DNA of 64,000 nucleotides. It comes from Verrucomicrobiaceae bacterium. GTDB taxonomy: Bacteria > Verrucomicrobiota > Verrucomicrobiia > Verrucomicrobiales > Akkermansiaceae. Below, piece after piece: positions 1-8,699 of this stretch (within the stretch, counting starts at the first letter, position 1; each line of letters starts with the position of its first letter). The stretch spans positions 96,001 to 160,000 of the forward strand of contig JBPOGH010000001.1 in NCBI GenBank assembly GCA_051252135.1. Direction: 5' to 3'. Made by a program: the position numbers and the translations under genes. The notes under the pieces were generated by a model. The model saw only the letters and a list, made by a program, of their open reading frames with translations. It made no database searches and was not told where the DNA came from.

Positions 1-2
1 AT

Positions 3-335
3 GCGAATAATGCCGATCAGCTTCTCGATGTGGTGCTTTTCAAGGAGGCGGGTTACCAGTTTGTATGGGATTCCTTGCGTGGGATTGCCAAGGGTGGGAT
101 TGATCCGATCTCACCGGGAGCATCGGTAGAGTATATTCAGGCGGCGGGATTGAAGGTGAGCTGTGATTGCGAGGTGCCGGTGGAGCTGGACGGGGAGTTG
201 TGGGGGAGGAGCCGGGAGATTGAATTTCGGTCGAGCGGGAAGACTTTGTCCGTGCTCGCACCCGAAACTCTTCGGACAAATCGCTGGCTGGAGCTCCTGA
301 AAGTCCTCAATCCATTTTACCGTAATCCAGTCTAA
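3..335 (+). CDS. Diacylglycerol/lipid kinase family protein (YegS/DAGK-like), C-terminal part, truncated by window start
   Basis: Frame is open from position 3 (ANNADQLLDVVLF...). It contains the DxxLDV and VELDGE motifs typical of the DAGK C-terminal lobe. Confidence 0.72.
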   Translation, partial: ANNADQLLDVVLFKEAGYQFVWDSLRGIAKGGIDPISPGASVEYIQAAGLKVSCDCEVPVELDGELWGRSREIEFRSSGKTLSVLAPETLRTNRWLELLKVLNPFYRNPV

Positions 336-365
336 TCTCCCAAAGGGATTATCCGTTGGACATTC

Positions 366-992
366 ATGAAGGTGACGACCCGCTTGGTCCGGCTCCACAA
401 CGCCAGTTGCTGTGGAAGGGCTCTGGTCGCTTTGGTGGGTGGGGTGGCAATCTATGGGGTGTGGGTTTTATTCATCTGGTCGATTTTCTCGTTGCCGGGT
501 TACTCCACCGGTTTTCAAGAGGTGGGCACCGGAGGGATGATTTTGAGTTTGTTGTCGCCTGCGGTATTTTTCGCGGGAGGGATTATTTATCTTAAGAGAA
601 CCCGTCCCCATGATTGGCGGAAGCAACTTCCGGATTTTCAAGTCGATCCGGGTTCCCGGATTGCCCATCCGGGTGGGGCGGGGTGGAGTTCGCATGCGGA
701 TGGGACGCTAAAATTGGTGATTTTATCCGGGTCGATGCTGCTGAGGAGGATTTGGCTGGAATTGGGAGCTTGGGTGCCGGAAAGGAAGGAGAATATCGAT
801 CAACTGGAGCGAGTCAGGCTTAATTTGGCCGCCCGGGCAACCTGGGAGCGCCTGGCCGATTTTGAGGATCATTTGACTGAAATTCGTGAATTGGTGGGGC
901 TTGGATTGGTGGCGTTACGTGAGAATGCAGGGTGTTGGTATTTGCGAATTGCCTTGAAAGGAGAGAACCGGGAGGCAAATCGTCCCTTTTAA
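366..992 (+). CDS. Hypothetical membrane protein
   Basis: 208-aa ORF filling the gap between neighbours, with two hydrophobic segments (ALVALVGGVAIYGVWVLFIWSIF; MILSLLSPAVFFAGGIIYL). Confidence 0.55.
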   Translation: MKVTTRLVRLHNASCCGRALVALVGGVAIYGVWVLFIWSIFSLPGYSTGFQEVGTGGMILSLLSPAVFFAGGIIYLKRTRPHDWRKQLPDFQVDPGSRIAHPGGAGWSSHADGTLKLVILSGSMLLRRIWLELGAWVPERKENIDQLERVRLNLAARATWERLADFEDHLTEIRELVGLGLVALRENAGCWYLRIALKGENREANRPF

Positions 993-1036
993 AGTCGTCA
1001 GTCCCAATCAGTTCAGCTAATTTTCAGCATCGCTTG

Positions 1037-1699
1037 ATGAATTTTTTTCGAAGGATCACGTCCAACTTGTTGATGGCGCCCGTTGGGGTGTCCACCGACG
1101 CAGGAGCATCGGAGGGGGAACCTTCCGATCATGATCTGATCAAGGCCTGCCAATCGGGGGATACCCGCGCGTTTGAGTCACTTGTGACCCGTCATCGTGG
1201 AAAGGTATACGCCATGGTTCAGAACATGATTAAAAACGAAGCAGACGCCTGGGACCTCTCGCAAGAGGTCTTTCTCAAGGTGTGGAAAGCTCTGCCGAAG
1301 TTTGAGGCCCGGGCCAAGTTCTCGACCTGGTTGTACCGAATTACCCACAATGTGGTGTATGACTGGCTGCGGAAACGAAAAATCGATTCGGCGGGGGAGC
1401 TTGATGATTCAATTTTGTCAGAGAGTGCGGTGGCAGTGGGTTCCACAACGACACCCGATCAAGCGGCGCGACCTGATGAGGCGCTTGCCAATTCCGAACT
1501 TGGAGCCCGAATCAATGGTGCTCTGGAAACACTTTCTCCCGAACATCGGGAAACCATCCTGCTCCGCGAGGTGCAGGGATTTGATTACAAGGAAATTGCG
1601 AAGGCCATGGGGTGTTCCTTGGGGACGGTGATGAGCCGTCTCTATTACGCCCGAAAGAAACTCCAAACCCTGTTGACTGATGAAAAAGGAAATTATTGA
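1037..1699 (+). CDS. ECF (sigma-70 group 4, RpoE-like) sigma factor
   Basis: Region 2 (GDTRAFESLV...DAWDLSQEVFLK...FSTWLYRIT) and region 4 (GFDYKEIA...GTVMSRLYYAR). Start placed at ATG 1037; ATG 1073 is possible. Confidence 0.95.
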   Translation: MNFFRRITSNLLMAPVGVSTDAGASEGEPSDHDLIKACQSGDTRAFESLVTRHRGKVYAMVQNMIKNEADAWDLSQEVFLKVWKALPKFEARAKFSTWLYRITHNVVYDWLRKRKIDSAGELDDSILSESAVAVGSTTTPDQAARPDEALANSELGARINGALETLSPEHRETILLREVQGFDYKEIAKAMGCSLGTVMSRLYYARKKLQTLLTDEKGNY

Positions 1700-2261
1700 A
1701 GAACTTCTCGTGAAAAGTGTCGATGGCACTTTGGCCAAGGATGAGAGTGAGCAATTGAAAATCTTGCTCGCCGCGAAGCCTGAATTGCAGGGAGAAGTCG
1801 AGACGATGAGGAACCTGAAACAAACAATGCAGGATTCTCTGCCGGTTTCGGTGGAGCCACCTTACCCCGATTTTTTCAATTCCAGATTGATGCGAAAGAT
1901 CGAATTGGAAGTGGCCTCCAACCAACCCAAAGAGAAGGCCAAAAATTGGTGGGCCAGCATTCAATGGGCATGGTTGCCAGCAGGTGCGTTGTCGCTGGTT
2001 TTGGCATTTCTGGCCGGTCAGCGGTTGAGCTCTCCGGTGCAGGACGGTCAAATGGTCTCCCAACGAACAACCAACGATCTGCCTTCGGTTTATTTTGCGG
2101 AAGAGTCGTTGAATGCCGAAGTGATTTCGGACTCGGATGGTCATGTGTCGGCGATTGTGGTCAGTGGGCTGAATGCGATTAACGATAATGCGGCCTTTGC
2201 CGATTCCACTGCTGCGTTGCCTGTGAGTTACAGACGTTTTGAAGCTGATCAATTTCACTAA
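1680..2261 (+). CDS. Putative single-pass anti-sigma factor
   Basis: Overlaps the sigma stop. N-terminal EELLVKSVDGTL helix (no HxxxCxxC), central TM segment (WAWLPAGALSLVLAFLAG), short periplasmic C-terminus. Confidence 0.72.
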   Translation: MKKEIIEELLVKSVDGTLAKDESEQLKILLAAKPELQGEVETMRNLKQTMQDSLPVSVEPPYPDFFNSRLMRKIELEVASNQPKEKAKNWWASIQWAWLPAGALSLVLAFLAGQRLSSPVQDGQMVSQRTTNDLPSVYFAEESLNAEVISDSDGHVSAIVVSGLNAINDNAAFADSTAALPVSYRRFEADQFH

Positions 2262-2264
2262 AAT

Positions 2265-2750
2265 ATGAAAACAATCGCCATTCTGCTGCTATTCCTGTTT
2301 CCAGGTCTGAGCCTCGCCGAAGATCCCGGAAAAGAGATCATTGGCTCGATTAGTGTGGAGATGCTCTACGCCACCAACGGGGATCCTGAACGGGTGGGTC
2401 CCCAGGGGAAGGCGGTCAGCAAGAAAGATGTGGCTTCGATCAAATCAATCAAGGAGTTGGGATTTGAGCATTATCGGTCTTTGGGGACGGAAATCCCCCA
2501 AATTCTCCGGGGATATGAAAGCTGGGCAACCCCACTTCGGCCATCCAAGGAGGTGTTGGTGAGTTTCGAGCCACTCAACCGTGACGGTAAGGACCAGATT
2601 CAAATGGTGATGGAATATTGGCAGTCCAAGCGTAAGCTTTTCACGACCAACCCGGTTTTGGTGAAAAACAAACCTCTTTACCTGCTTGGACCCGAGTGGC
2701 GGGGGGGACGATTGATCCTTAAGGTAACGCTCCTGGAACTGACTGATTGA
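2265..2750 (+). CDS. Secreted hypothetical protein
   Basis: Sec signal peptide MKTIAILLLFLFPGLSLA; starts 3 bp after the previous stop. Confidence 0.8.
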   Translation: MKTIAILLLFLFPGLSLAEDPGKEIIGSISVEMLYATNGDPERVGPQGKAVSKKDVASIKSIKELGFEHYRSLGTEIPQILRGYESWATPLRPSKEVLVSFEPLNRDGKDQIQMVMEYWQSKRKLFTTNPVLVKNKPLYLLGPEWRGGRLILKVTLLELTD

Positions 2751-3421
2751 TGAAGCATTTGATTCTATTTTTGACGGCCTGCGGATTATTGCGGGCTGAA
2801 ATGGTCTTCGAGACCCAACTTGTCTCTGTGGAAGCGGAGCCGGACGCCTTGCAGGTCAAGGTCGAGTTTCCTTTCGAGATTAAGGGGGAGCCGGTGACGA
2901 TCGTGGAATACGATGCGTATTGTTCCTGCCTGAGCGCCAAAATTTTTCCGTTGAATCCCGACCGCTCAACGAAGCTTCACTGGGATGTTGGAGAGAAAGG
3001 AAAAGTGGTGGGTTATTTTAAGCTGGGAAGTTTTAAAGGGACGGTGGAGAAGCCGATTGCGTTAAAATTGCGTGGGGTTGACGAATTGGTTCATCTGATG
3101 GTGAAGGTGCATATTCCGGTTCTTGTTGCGATCGAACCATCCACCCATACGTGGGAAGTTGGCGGGGCATTGGAAGAGAAGGTTTTTTCGATCAAAGTTC
3201 AGAATGACGAGCCCATTCATCTCACTGGGCACTCGGGAACGAACGAGGGTTTTCCCTACGAGGTGAAAACGATCAAAGAGGGCCGGGAGTATGAGTTGAG
3301 AGTGAAGCCGGGAAGCACGGAGACTCCGGGAATGGGAATCATTCGTCTGCAGACGGATTGTCCGATTCCCCGTCATTCCAAGCATCAGATATTTGTGGTA
3401 GTGAAAGCTCCCCGGAAATGA
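2750..3421 (+). CDS. DUF1573-like secreted Ig-like domain protein
   Basis: Signal peptide, FPFEIKGEPVTI...YCSCLS (CxC) and tandem beta-rich domains; TGATG coupling to the upstream gene. Confidence 0.68.
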   Translation: MKHLILFLTACGLLRAEMVFETQLVSVEAEPDALQVKVEFPFEIKGEPVTIVEYDAYCSCLSAKIFPLNPDRSTKLHWDVGEKGKVVGYFKLGSFKGTVEKPIALKLRGVDELVHLMVKVHIPVLVAIEPSTHTWEVGGALEEKVFSIKVQNDEPIHLTGHSGTNEGFPYEVKTIKEGREYELRVKPGSTETPGMGIIRLQTDCPIPRHSKHQIFVVVKAPRK

Positions 3422-3909
3422 AGAGGATGGTGATAGGGGCTCTTGGAGTGGGGGCGCTCTCCGTCATTGCGGCGGCGATTACCTGGAAAGTTGTGGGCCC
3501 GCCGGATCGGAGTATTCCGTGCACGGAAGAGTTGTTGAAGCCCGGGCAGGTGTGTCTCGAAACGGTGAATGAATGGGAGAAGGGTTCCTTTCTTTGGGTC
3601 GATGCCCGTCCCCGTCATCTCTGGGAGAGGAACGGAATGGAGGGAGCGATTCTGCTTACCGACGACAACGAAGAGAATTTTGATGAACTCGATGCCGGGT
3701 TTATGATGGCGGTGTTTGGTGACGGGACACCTTTTGAAAAGGTGGTCATCTATTGCAACGAGGAGGGCTGTGGCTCAAGTGAGGCGATTGCGACGCATCT
3801 GCGCAATTCCCATGCGCAATCGCTGGGATTCGAGGTCTATGTCCTCTATGGGGGCTGGAAGGCTCTGGCGGCTGCGGGTAGGACTAGAGGGTCCACTCAA
3901 GACCGTTGA
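3418..3909 (+). CDS. Exported or membrane-anchored rhodanese-like protein
   Basis: ATGA overlap with the upstream stop, N-terminal hydrophobic segment, and motifs WVDAR, VVIYCNEEGCGSS and VLYGGW. Confidence 0.82.
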   Translation: MKRMVIGALGVGALSVIAAAITWKVVGPPDRSIPCTEELLKPGQVCLETVNEWEKGSFLWVDARPRHLWERNGMEGAILLTDDNEENFDELDAGFMMAVFGDGTPFEKVVIYCNEEGCGSSEAIATHLRNSHAQSLGFEVYVLYGGWKALAAAGRTRGSTQDR

Positions 3910-4471
3910 GGAGGGCGATTTCCAGGAATGGCTGTTTGGGATCCTCGGTGAAGTTCCATTCGAGGGTCAGGGTAACGGGGCCGTTGAACTTAGGAGGGAG
4001 ATGGGTGCGGATTCTTTGGAAGATCTCGGAGTCCGATCTGACAAAGGCTTTTCCCAGCGGGGTGCTGGATTTGGCGACATTCGGGAGAAAGGTAACGGTC
4101 GCCTTATTTCCGTCATTGGGGATGTTGTCCTCGAAGCAATAAGCGGTTGCTTCGATGATGGTACGGACGGTCTTTGGTCCTTTGAATGGTTTTTCTGCCA
4201 ATTGGCCGGGGACGTTGTCGTAAATATCGAGAAAGGGATCGGTTTGCACTCTGGGGGCTTCTTCGTCGCTGAATGAGATCAGCCGGACGAAGATGATGCG
4301 GTTACGTTCGTCATCATTCTCGCCCCGGAAAACGACCGAATGATAGGATTCCCGGGTTCTGGCCTTGGCTGGTTGCCAGATTTTTTCCGGCCTAATGAAG
4401 AGGATTTTGGGCAGCGGCTTGGAGAGGGAGCCGTTCGCGAGTTCTTCCTGTGATCGCTCCGACTTGGTCAT
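3884..4471 (-). CDS. Hypothetical protein; probably the C-terminal part of the 4576..5463 gene (frame open back to the A9 run)
   Basis: The frame is stop-free for 44 codons upstream of ATG 4471 (TPDTEDNSLSEKEQ...EVLKRFLSAKTLEERLPY) and is closed only by a TAA at the start of the homopolymer. Confidence 0.7.
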   Translation of the reverse strand: MTKSERSQEELANGSLSKPLPKILFIRPEKIWQPAKARTRESYHSVVFRGENDDERNRIIFVRLISFSDEEAPRVQTDPFLDIYDNVPGQLAEKPFKGPKTVRTIIEATAYCFEDNIPNDGNKATVTFLPNVAKSSTPLGKAFVRSDSEIFQRIRTHLPPKFNGPVTLTLEWNFTEDPKQPFLEIALLNGLEWTL

Positions 4472-4575
4472 GTAAGGGAGGCGCTCTTCCAGCGTTTTGG
4501 CTGACAGGAATCTTTTGAGTACTTCACCCGCCTCAATGATGAACGCAGCGTTTTTCTGCTCCTGCTCTTTTTCGC

Positions 4576-5463
4576 TCAGAGAATTATCCTCTGTGTCGGG
4601 AGTTTTTTTTTAACCGAAGCGAGGTCGGGAAGATCGGTTGAGACTTCACCGGGTCGGGTTGTATCACGCGGGTCGTGCTCGATGGGTTTATCGGCCTCCG
4701 TGTTATCAGGCACCGGTATTGGTGGAGGGGTGACCGGTGGTGGAAGTGTGGCTTCCGGTTGAGGCTCAACAGTCTGAGGAGACGGAGACGGAGGGTCTGT
4801 TACCGGTGGGACGGGAGAAGGAGGGGTGGTATCTCCGACAATGGACTGGTTGACGGTCAATTCCGGTTCGGCCGGGGGTTCCTCTTTGGGCTTTAGAATC
4901 CCCATCAAATCAAGAATGAGCCAAATTGCGGCACCGGATAGGGCGAGGAAAAGGAGGGGAAATACAATGGCCGGCCAAATTCGCCGTTTTTGTCGCGGTG
5001 TGATCGGGGAGGCTTCCCGGGCGCCGCCTGATTGTTGTATCTCGGATGCTTGGGGAGCCGGACTTCCGTAGCCTCCGGAGAGGGCCCGTGGGTTTGCTTC
5101 GGTGGCGGCAACCTGCTGATGTGGGCGCTCACCCGGTGCGCGAGACGGGGGAAGGGCGTTGCCTGATTGGGCTGGTTGTTGCTGGGAAGATTGAGGGAAT
5201 CCGGCCCCTTGAGGCGTTGGGTTTCCCTGAGGCGTTGGGTTTCCTTGAGGAGGAGCCGAGGAGATGGGGGCAAGACCGGGCAAGGGGGGCTGGACCGGAG
5301 GAGCCATGGGCATGGCCGCGGAAACTTGGGTAGGGGCAGGGTGTGGAGCGACGATGGTCTGCTGGCAGGTGGGGCATGGCCCGCTGACGCCTGCCATTTC
5401 CGCAGGAACACGAAGTGCCGTCTGACACGTTGGACAGGAAAATTCTATGGGGTTTTGAGACAT
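4576..5463 (-). CDS. Zinc-ribbon (CxxC-x17-CxxC), Pro-rich, single-pass membrane protein; N-terminal part of a frameshifted gene
   Basis: N-terminal CPTC...CPTC, long Pro/Gln linker, TM segment (IWPAIVFPLLFLALSGAAIWLIL); ends 8 codons after AAA AAA AAA. Confidence 0.8.
   Translation of the reverse strand: MSQNPIEFSCPTCQTALRVPAEMAGVSGPCPTCQQTIVAPHPAPTQVSAAMPMAPPVQPPLPGLAPISSAPPQGNPTPQGNPTPQGAGFPQSSQQQPAQSGNALPPSRAPGERPHQQVAATEANPRALSGGYGSPAPQASEIQQSGGAREASPITPRQKRRIWPAIVFPLLFLALSGAAIWLILDLMGILKPKEEPPAEPELTVNQSIVGDTTPPSPVPPVTDPPSPSPQTVEPQPEATLPPPVTPPPIPVPDNTEADKPIEHDPRDTTRPGEVSTDLPDLASVKKKLPTQRIIL
4603..4611 (-). other. A9 homopolymer (T9 on + strand) at the junction of two reading frames
   Basis: Minus strand reads GTT AAA AAA AAA CTC; the -1 frame AAA AAA ACT CCC runs into the 3884..4471 ORF. 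Confidence 0.85.
5210..5250. repeat. 18-bp intragenic tandem repeat (~2.3 copies) encoding PQGNPT
   Basis: tgaggcgttgggtttccc / tgaggcgttgggtttcct / tgagg. Confidence 0.85.
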
Positions 5464-5592
5464 GTTGGTCTTCGGAGGGTTTTGGTCAGAGTAGGGGTGA
5501 ACTCTTTCCTAGTCAATGAAGATGGGTGAACAGTCTACTTTTCCTTAATATTTTCGGGGGTTGGGTTGATGGGCGACGATTGGCGCACTTTT

Positions 5593-6702
5593 TTAGTGTT
5601 CCAATGGGTTGTCGCCGGAAGCAACGGCAAGAGCCTTATCTTCTTCCGGGAGGAAGGCTTTGAAGCGAGTTTTGTCGATGGCCTTCATGTAAGCTTCCTG
5701 TGGGGAAATCATGCCACTTTGGAGTTTCTCCCAAATGGCTTCGTCCATGAACTGCATTCCTTGTGCTTTACCGCCAATGATGACGTCAAAGAGTTTCTGG
5801 GTGGCACCTTCCCGGATAATTGCCGCGACAGCGGGGGTGGCGAACATGATTTCGTTCACGGCAGTTCGACCGGGTTTGTCGGAGCGTTTGCAGAGAAGTT
5901 GGGCCACCACGCCTTTTAGAGAGGCCGCGAGCATGGTGCGAACCTGTGATTGCTGGTCGGCCGGGAAGACGTCAATGATCCGGTCGACGGTCTTACGGGC
6001 ATTGTTGGTGTGCAGGGTTCCGAAGACGAGGAGGCCGGTTTCCGCCGCGGTCAGGGCGAGGGAGATGGTCTCGAGGTCCCGCATTTCTCCAACGAGAACG
6101 ATGTCGGCATCTTCACGGAGACAGGCGCGCAGTCCATCCGAGAAGGTGGGAGTCTGGATGGGGACCTCACGCTGGGTGATGATGGACTTCTTGCTGGTGT
6201 GAACGAATTCGATCGGTTCCTCAATGGTGATGATGTGCCGGTTAAAGTTCCGGTTGATGTAATCGAGCAGGGCAGCAAGAGAGGTTGATTTTCCGGACCC
6301 GGTGGGTCCGGTGACAAGGACAAGTCCGGAGCGCATGTGTCCGAACTCCTTGATGACAGGAGGAAGGTTGAGGTCTTCGATGCTGGCGATTTCGGTAGGA
6401 ATGAGGCGGAAGACGGCCCCGAGGCCAAGTTGCTGCTGGAGGTAGTTACAGCGGAAACGGGAGTCTTCGTCCATTTCGTAGGCGAAGTCGAGGTCACCTT
6501 CTTTCAGGTACCGTTCGAAGGCGTCCGGTTCACAGATTTCGGCGAGGAGGTTCTTGAAGGATTCGCCCTCGAGAACCGGTTCATCGGGAATTTGGGAGAC
6601 CGCGCCATGGACACGGATTTTGGGAGGCGATCCTTCGGAGAGGTGAAGGTCCGAGCCACCGGAGGAGACGAGATATTGGAAAAGACGATCGATTTCAGCC
6701 AT
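5593..6702 (-). CDS. pilT: Type IV pilus retraction ATPase, PilT/PilU family
   Basis: SDLHL, Walker A GPTGSGKST, Asp box EEPIE, VGEMRD, His box TLHT, AIRNLIRE-like AVAAIIRE. Confidence 0.93.
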   Translation of the reverse strand: MAEIDRLFQYLVSSGGSDLHLSEGSPPKIRVHGAVSQIPDEPVLEGESFKNLLAEICEPDAFERYLKEGDLDFAYEMDEDSRFRCNYLQQQLGLGAVFRLIPTEIASIEDLNLPPVIKEFGHMRSGLVLVTGPTGSGKSTSLAALLDYINRNFNRHIITIEEPIEFVHTSKKSIITQREVPIQTPTFSDGLRACLREDADIVLVGEMRDLETISLALTAAETGLLVFGTLHTNNARKTVDRIIDVFPADQQSQVRTMLAASLKGVVAQLLCKRSDKPGRTAVNEIMFATPAVAAIIREGATQKLFDVIIGGKAQGMQFMDEAIWEKLQSGMISPQEAYMKAIDKTRFKAFLPEEDKALAVASGDNPLEH

Positions 6703-6740
6703 GTCGGAAGGATGTTGAAGGTGTGTGCGGGTGCGATTAA

Positions 6741-7823
6741 TTAGGACTGAAAGAAGGACTTCATTTGTGCCTTGTCTTCGCAGCGGTAGAGGGTCTCCTC
6801 TTGGGTGATTTGACCTTTAACGTAGAGATTACGCAGGGATTCATCCATGGTAATCATGCCGACATTTTTACCGGTCTGCATGATTCCGGGAAGCATGAAG
6901 GTTTTACCATCCCGAATGGTGGCGGCGACTGCCGGGGTGTTGACGAGGAGTTCAAGGGCGAGAACCCGCCCGGTGCCATCCGCCTTGGGGACGAGTTGCT
7001 GGGAGATGATGCCCCGAAGAGATTCGGAGACCATGATCCGGATTTGCGAGCGTTGGTCGACGGGGAATACGTCGAGGACCCGGTCGAGGGTGCGGGGTGC
7101 GTTGCCGGTGTGCAGGGTGGCGAGGACGAGGTGACCGGTCTCAGCAGCGGTGAGTGCGAGGGAGATTGTTTCCAAGTCTCGCATTTCTCCGACCATGATG
7201 ACATCGGGGTCTTCCCGAAGAGCACCCCGGAGGGCCTTTGGAAAGGACTGGGTGTGGGTGTGAACTTCGCGTTGGTTCACGTGGCAGCCTTTGGACGGGA
7301 AGACGTACTCAATGGGGTCCTCAAGAGTCAAGATGTGGTCCTCACGGTCTTTGTTGATGAAGTCCACCAGGGACGCGAGGGTCGTGGATTTACCGGAGCC
7401 CACGGAGCCGGTGACCAGGAGGAGCCCGTTCTGGTAGCGGGTGAGGGGAACCAAGCTATCGATGGGAAGTTGGAGTTCTTCCATGGTGCGAATGCTGGTC
7501 GAGATGATCCGAAAGACGATTTCATAACCAAGACGCTGCTTGATGACAGAGGCCCGGAAACGACCGGTTTCGTTGGCGTAGGCGAAATCGATGTCCCCAA
7601 CCTTTTGCAGGTGTTCCCAGCGAGAGTCATCCAGAAAGGATCTGGCCAGTCTCTCCGTATCTTCAGCGGTGAGGGGGGCGTGATCGTTCCAAATGGGGTC
7701 CAGAGACCCAAAACGGCGCCATGCGGGCGGGTAGCCTGCGGGAAGGTGGATATCCGAGCATTCGTATTCGATTCCAATTTGGAGGTATTCGTCGACGTGG
7801 GCTAGGACTGAGTGGCCGGACAT
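6741..7823 (-). CDS. pilT: Type IV pilus retraction ATPase, PilT/PilU family (second paralogue)
   Basis: SDIHL, GSVGSGKST, EDPIE, LREDPDVIMVGEMRD, TLHT, AVAATIRD. Confidence 0.93.
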   Translation of the reverse strand: MSGHSVLAHVDEYLQIGIEYECSDIHLPAGYPPAWRRFGSLDPIWNDHAPLTAEDTERLARSFLDDSRWEHLQKVGDIDFAYANETGRFRASVIKQRLGYEIVFRIISTSIRTMEELQLPIDSLVPLTRYQNGLLLVTGSVGSGKSTTLASLVDFINKDREDHILTLEDPIEYVFPSKGCHVNQREVHTHTQSFPKALRGALREDPDVIMVGEMRDLETISLALTAAETGHLVLATLHTGNAPRTLDRVLDVFPVDQRSQIRIMVSESLRGIISQQLVPKADGTGRVLALELLVNTPAVAATIRDGKTFMLPGIMQTGKNVGMITMDESLRNLYVKGQITQEETLYRCEDKAQMKSFFQS

Positions 7824-7888
7824 AAAATTTGGGTGTTGCGATTAGGGCGATGGTTTCGCGTGCGGGATGAGGTGTTCTACTAGAAAAA

Positions 7889-8272
7889 TCACAGTTGCTT
7901 CGGTTCGCCAAGCTTGAAGTTTTGGCCTCGCTGATGAAGGTATTGGTTTGCCTCGAACTTCAGCCGTTCCAGGCCCCATTTTAGGAGCGCGGGCTTGGCT
8001 AAAGCGAATCCAAGGCCGAAGAGAAGGCCAATCGGCCCTCTGCGTTTGGTGGACGATTTTCCGGAACGGGAAAGGAGGAGTCCGAGGAGAGCCGCGGAAC
8101 CGAAAGAACCGGCGAACCAGGCTCCAGGGTGTTCCCTTACGGAGCGTTTCAGCTGGGTGGACAGGCTCAGCTCGCGGCCGAAGGAATCCCTGGCGGCGCT
8201 GACATCGTGGCGACGAGCTTCAAGCAAATGGCTGAGCTCTATTTTTCGCCGTTCTGACTCTGATTGATCCAT
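7889..8272 (-). CDS. YqjK-like small membrane protein
   Basis: Start moved to ATG 8272 (MDQSESERRKIEL...). Helical N-terminus plus hydrophobic segments; third gene of a DUF883-holin-like trio. Confidence 0.6.
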   Translation of the reverse strand: MDQSESERRKIELSHLLEARRHDVSAARDSFGRELSLSTQLKRSVREHPGAWFAGSFGSAALLGLLLSRSGKSSTKRRGPIGLLFGLGFALAKPALLKWGLERLKFEANQYLHQRGQNFKLGEPKQL

Positions 8273-8682
8273 TGTTGATCCTTTTGCCACTCGGCACGGG
8301 TGAATTGAAATAGCTGACGGCCCTGTTCCCGGCGGAACTTGTTCCAAAAAATTAAGCCGATGATGAAGTGGAAGACGGCTGTGATCATAGCGGCGCCGAT
8401 CCATCCGGCCAGCACTCCCTGATAATTACTTGAGAGGAGGTGCCCCAAAAGGGCGACGACACTTCCCAGAAGAAGGAGATAAAAGATGCAGAGGAAGAAA
8501 GCCGCGAGAAGGAGTCTTACAAGTCTCTTTGCCAATATGCCCCCAGCCTCACGTCCTTCAATGGCGGCCAGTTCGGTACGTGCCTGCAAATAGGCGGCCG
8601 ATGTCCGTAGGAGGGACGAGAGTTCGTCCTTCAAACCGGGTGTGGAACCGTCGGATGAAGTTGGTGATTTGCGGAATGGCAT
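8239..8682 (-). CDS. YqjE-like / phage holin family (Phage_holin_3_6) membrane protein
   Basis: RTELAAIE motif, two TM segments, C-terminal FQFTRAEWQKD; follows the DUF883 gene. Confidence 0.75.
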   Translation of the reverse strand: MPFRKSPTSSDGSTPGLKDELSSLLRTSAAYLQARTELAAIEGREAGGILAKRLVRLLLAAFFLCIFYLLLLGSVVALLGHLLSSNYQGVLAGWIGAAMITAVFHFIIGLIFWNKFRREQGRQLFQFTRAEWQKDQQWINQSQNGEK

Positions 8683-8699
8683 GAGGGTGACCGCGGGAA

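Noticed and set aside
8239..8682. Holin-family gene as a sign of prophage
   Set aside because: Context is a DUF883/yqjDEK-like trio; there are no endolysin, structural or integrase genes.
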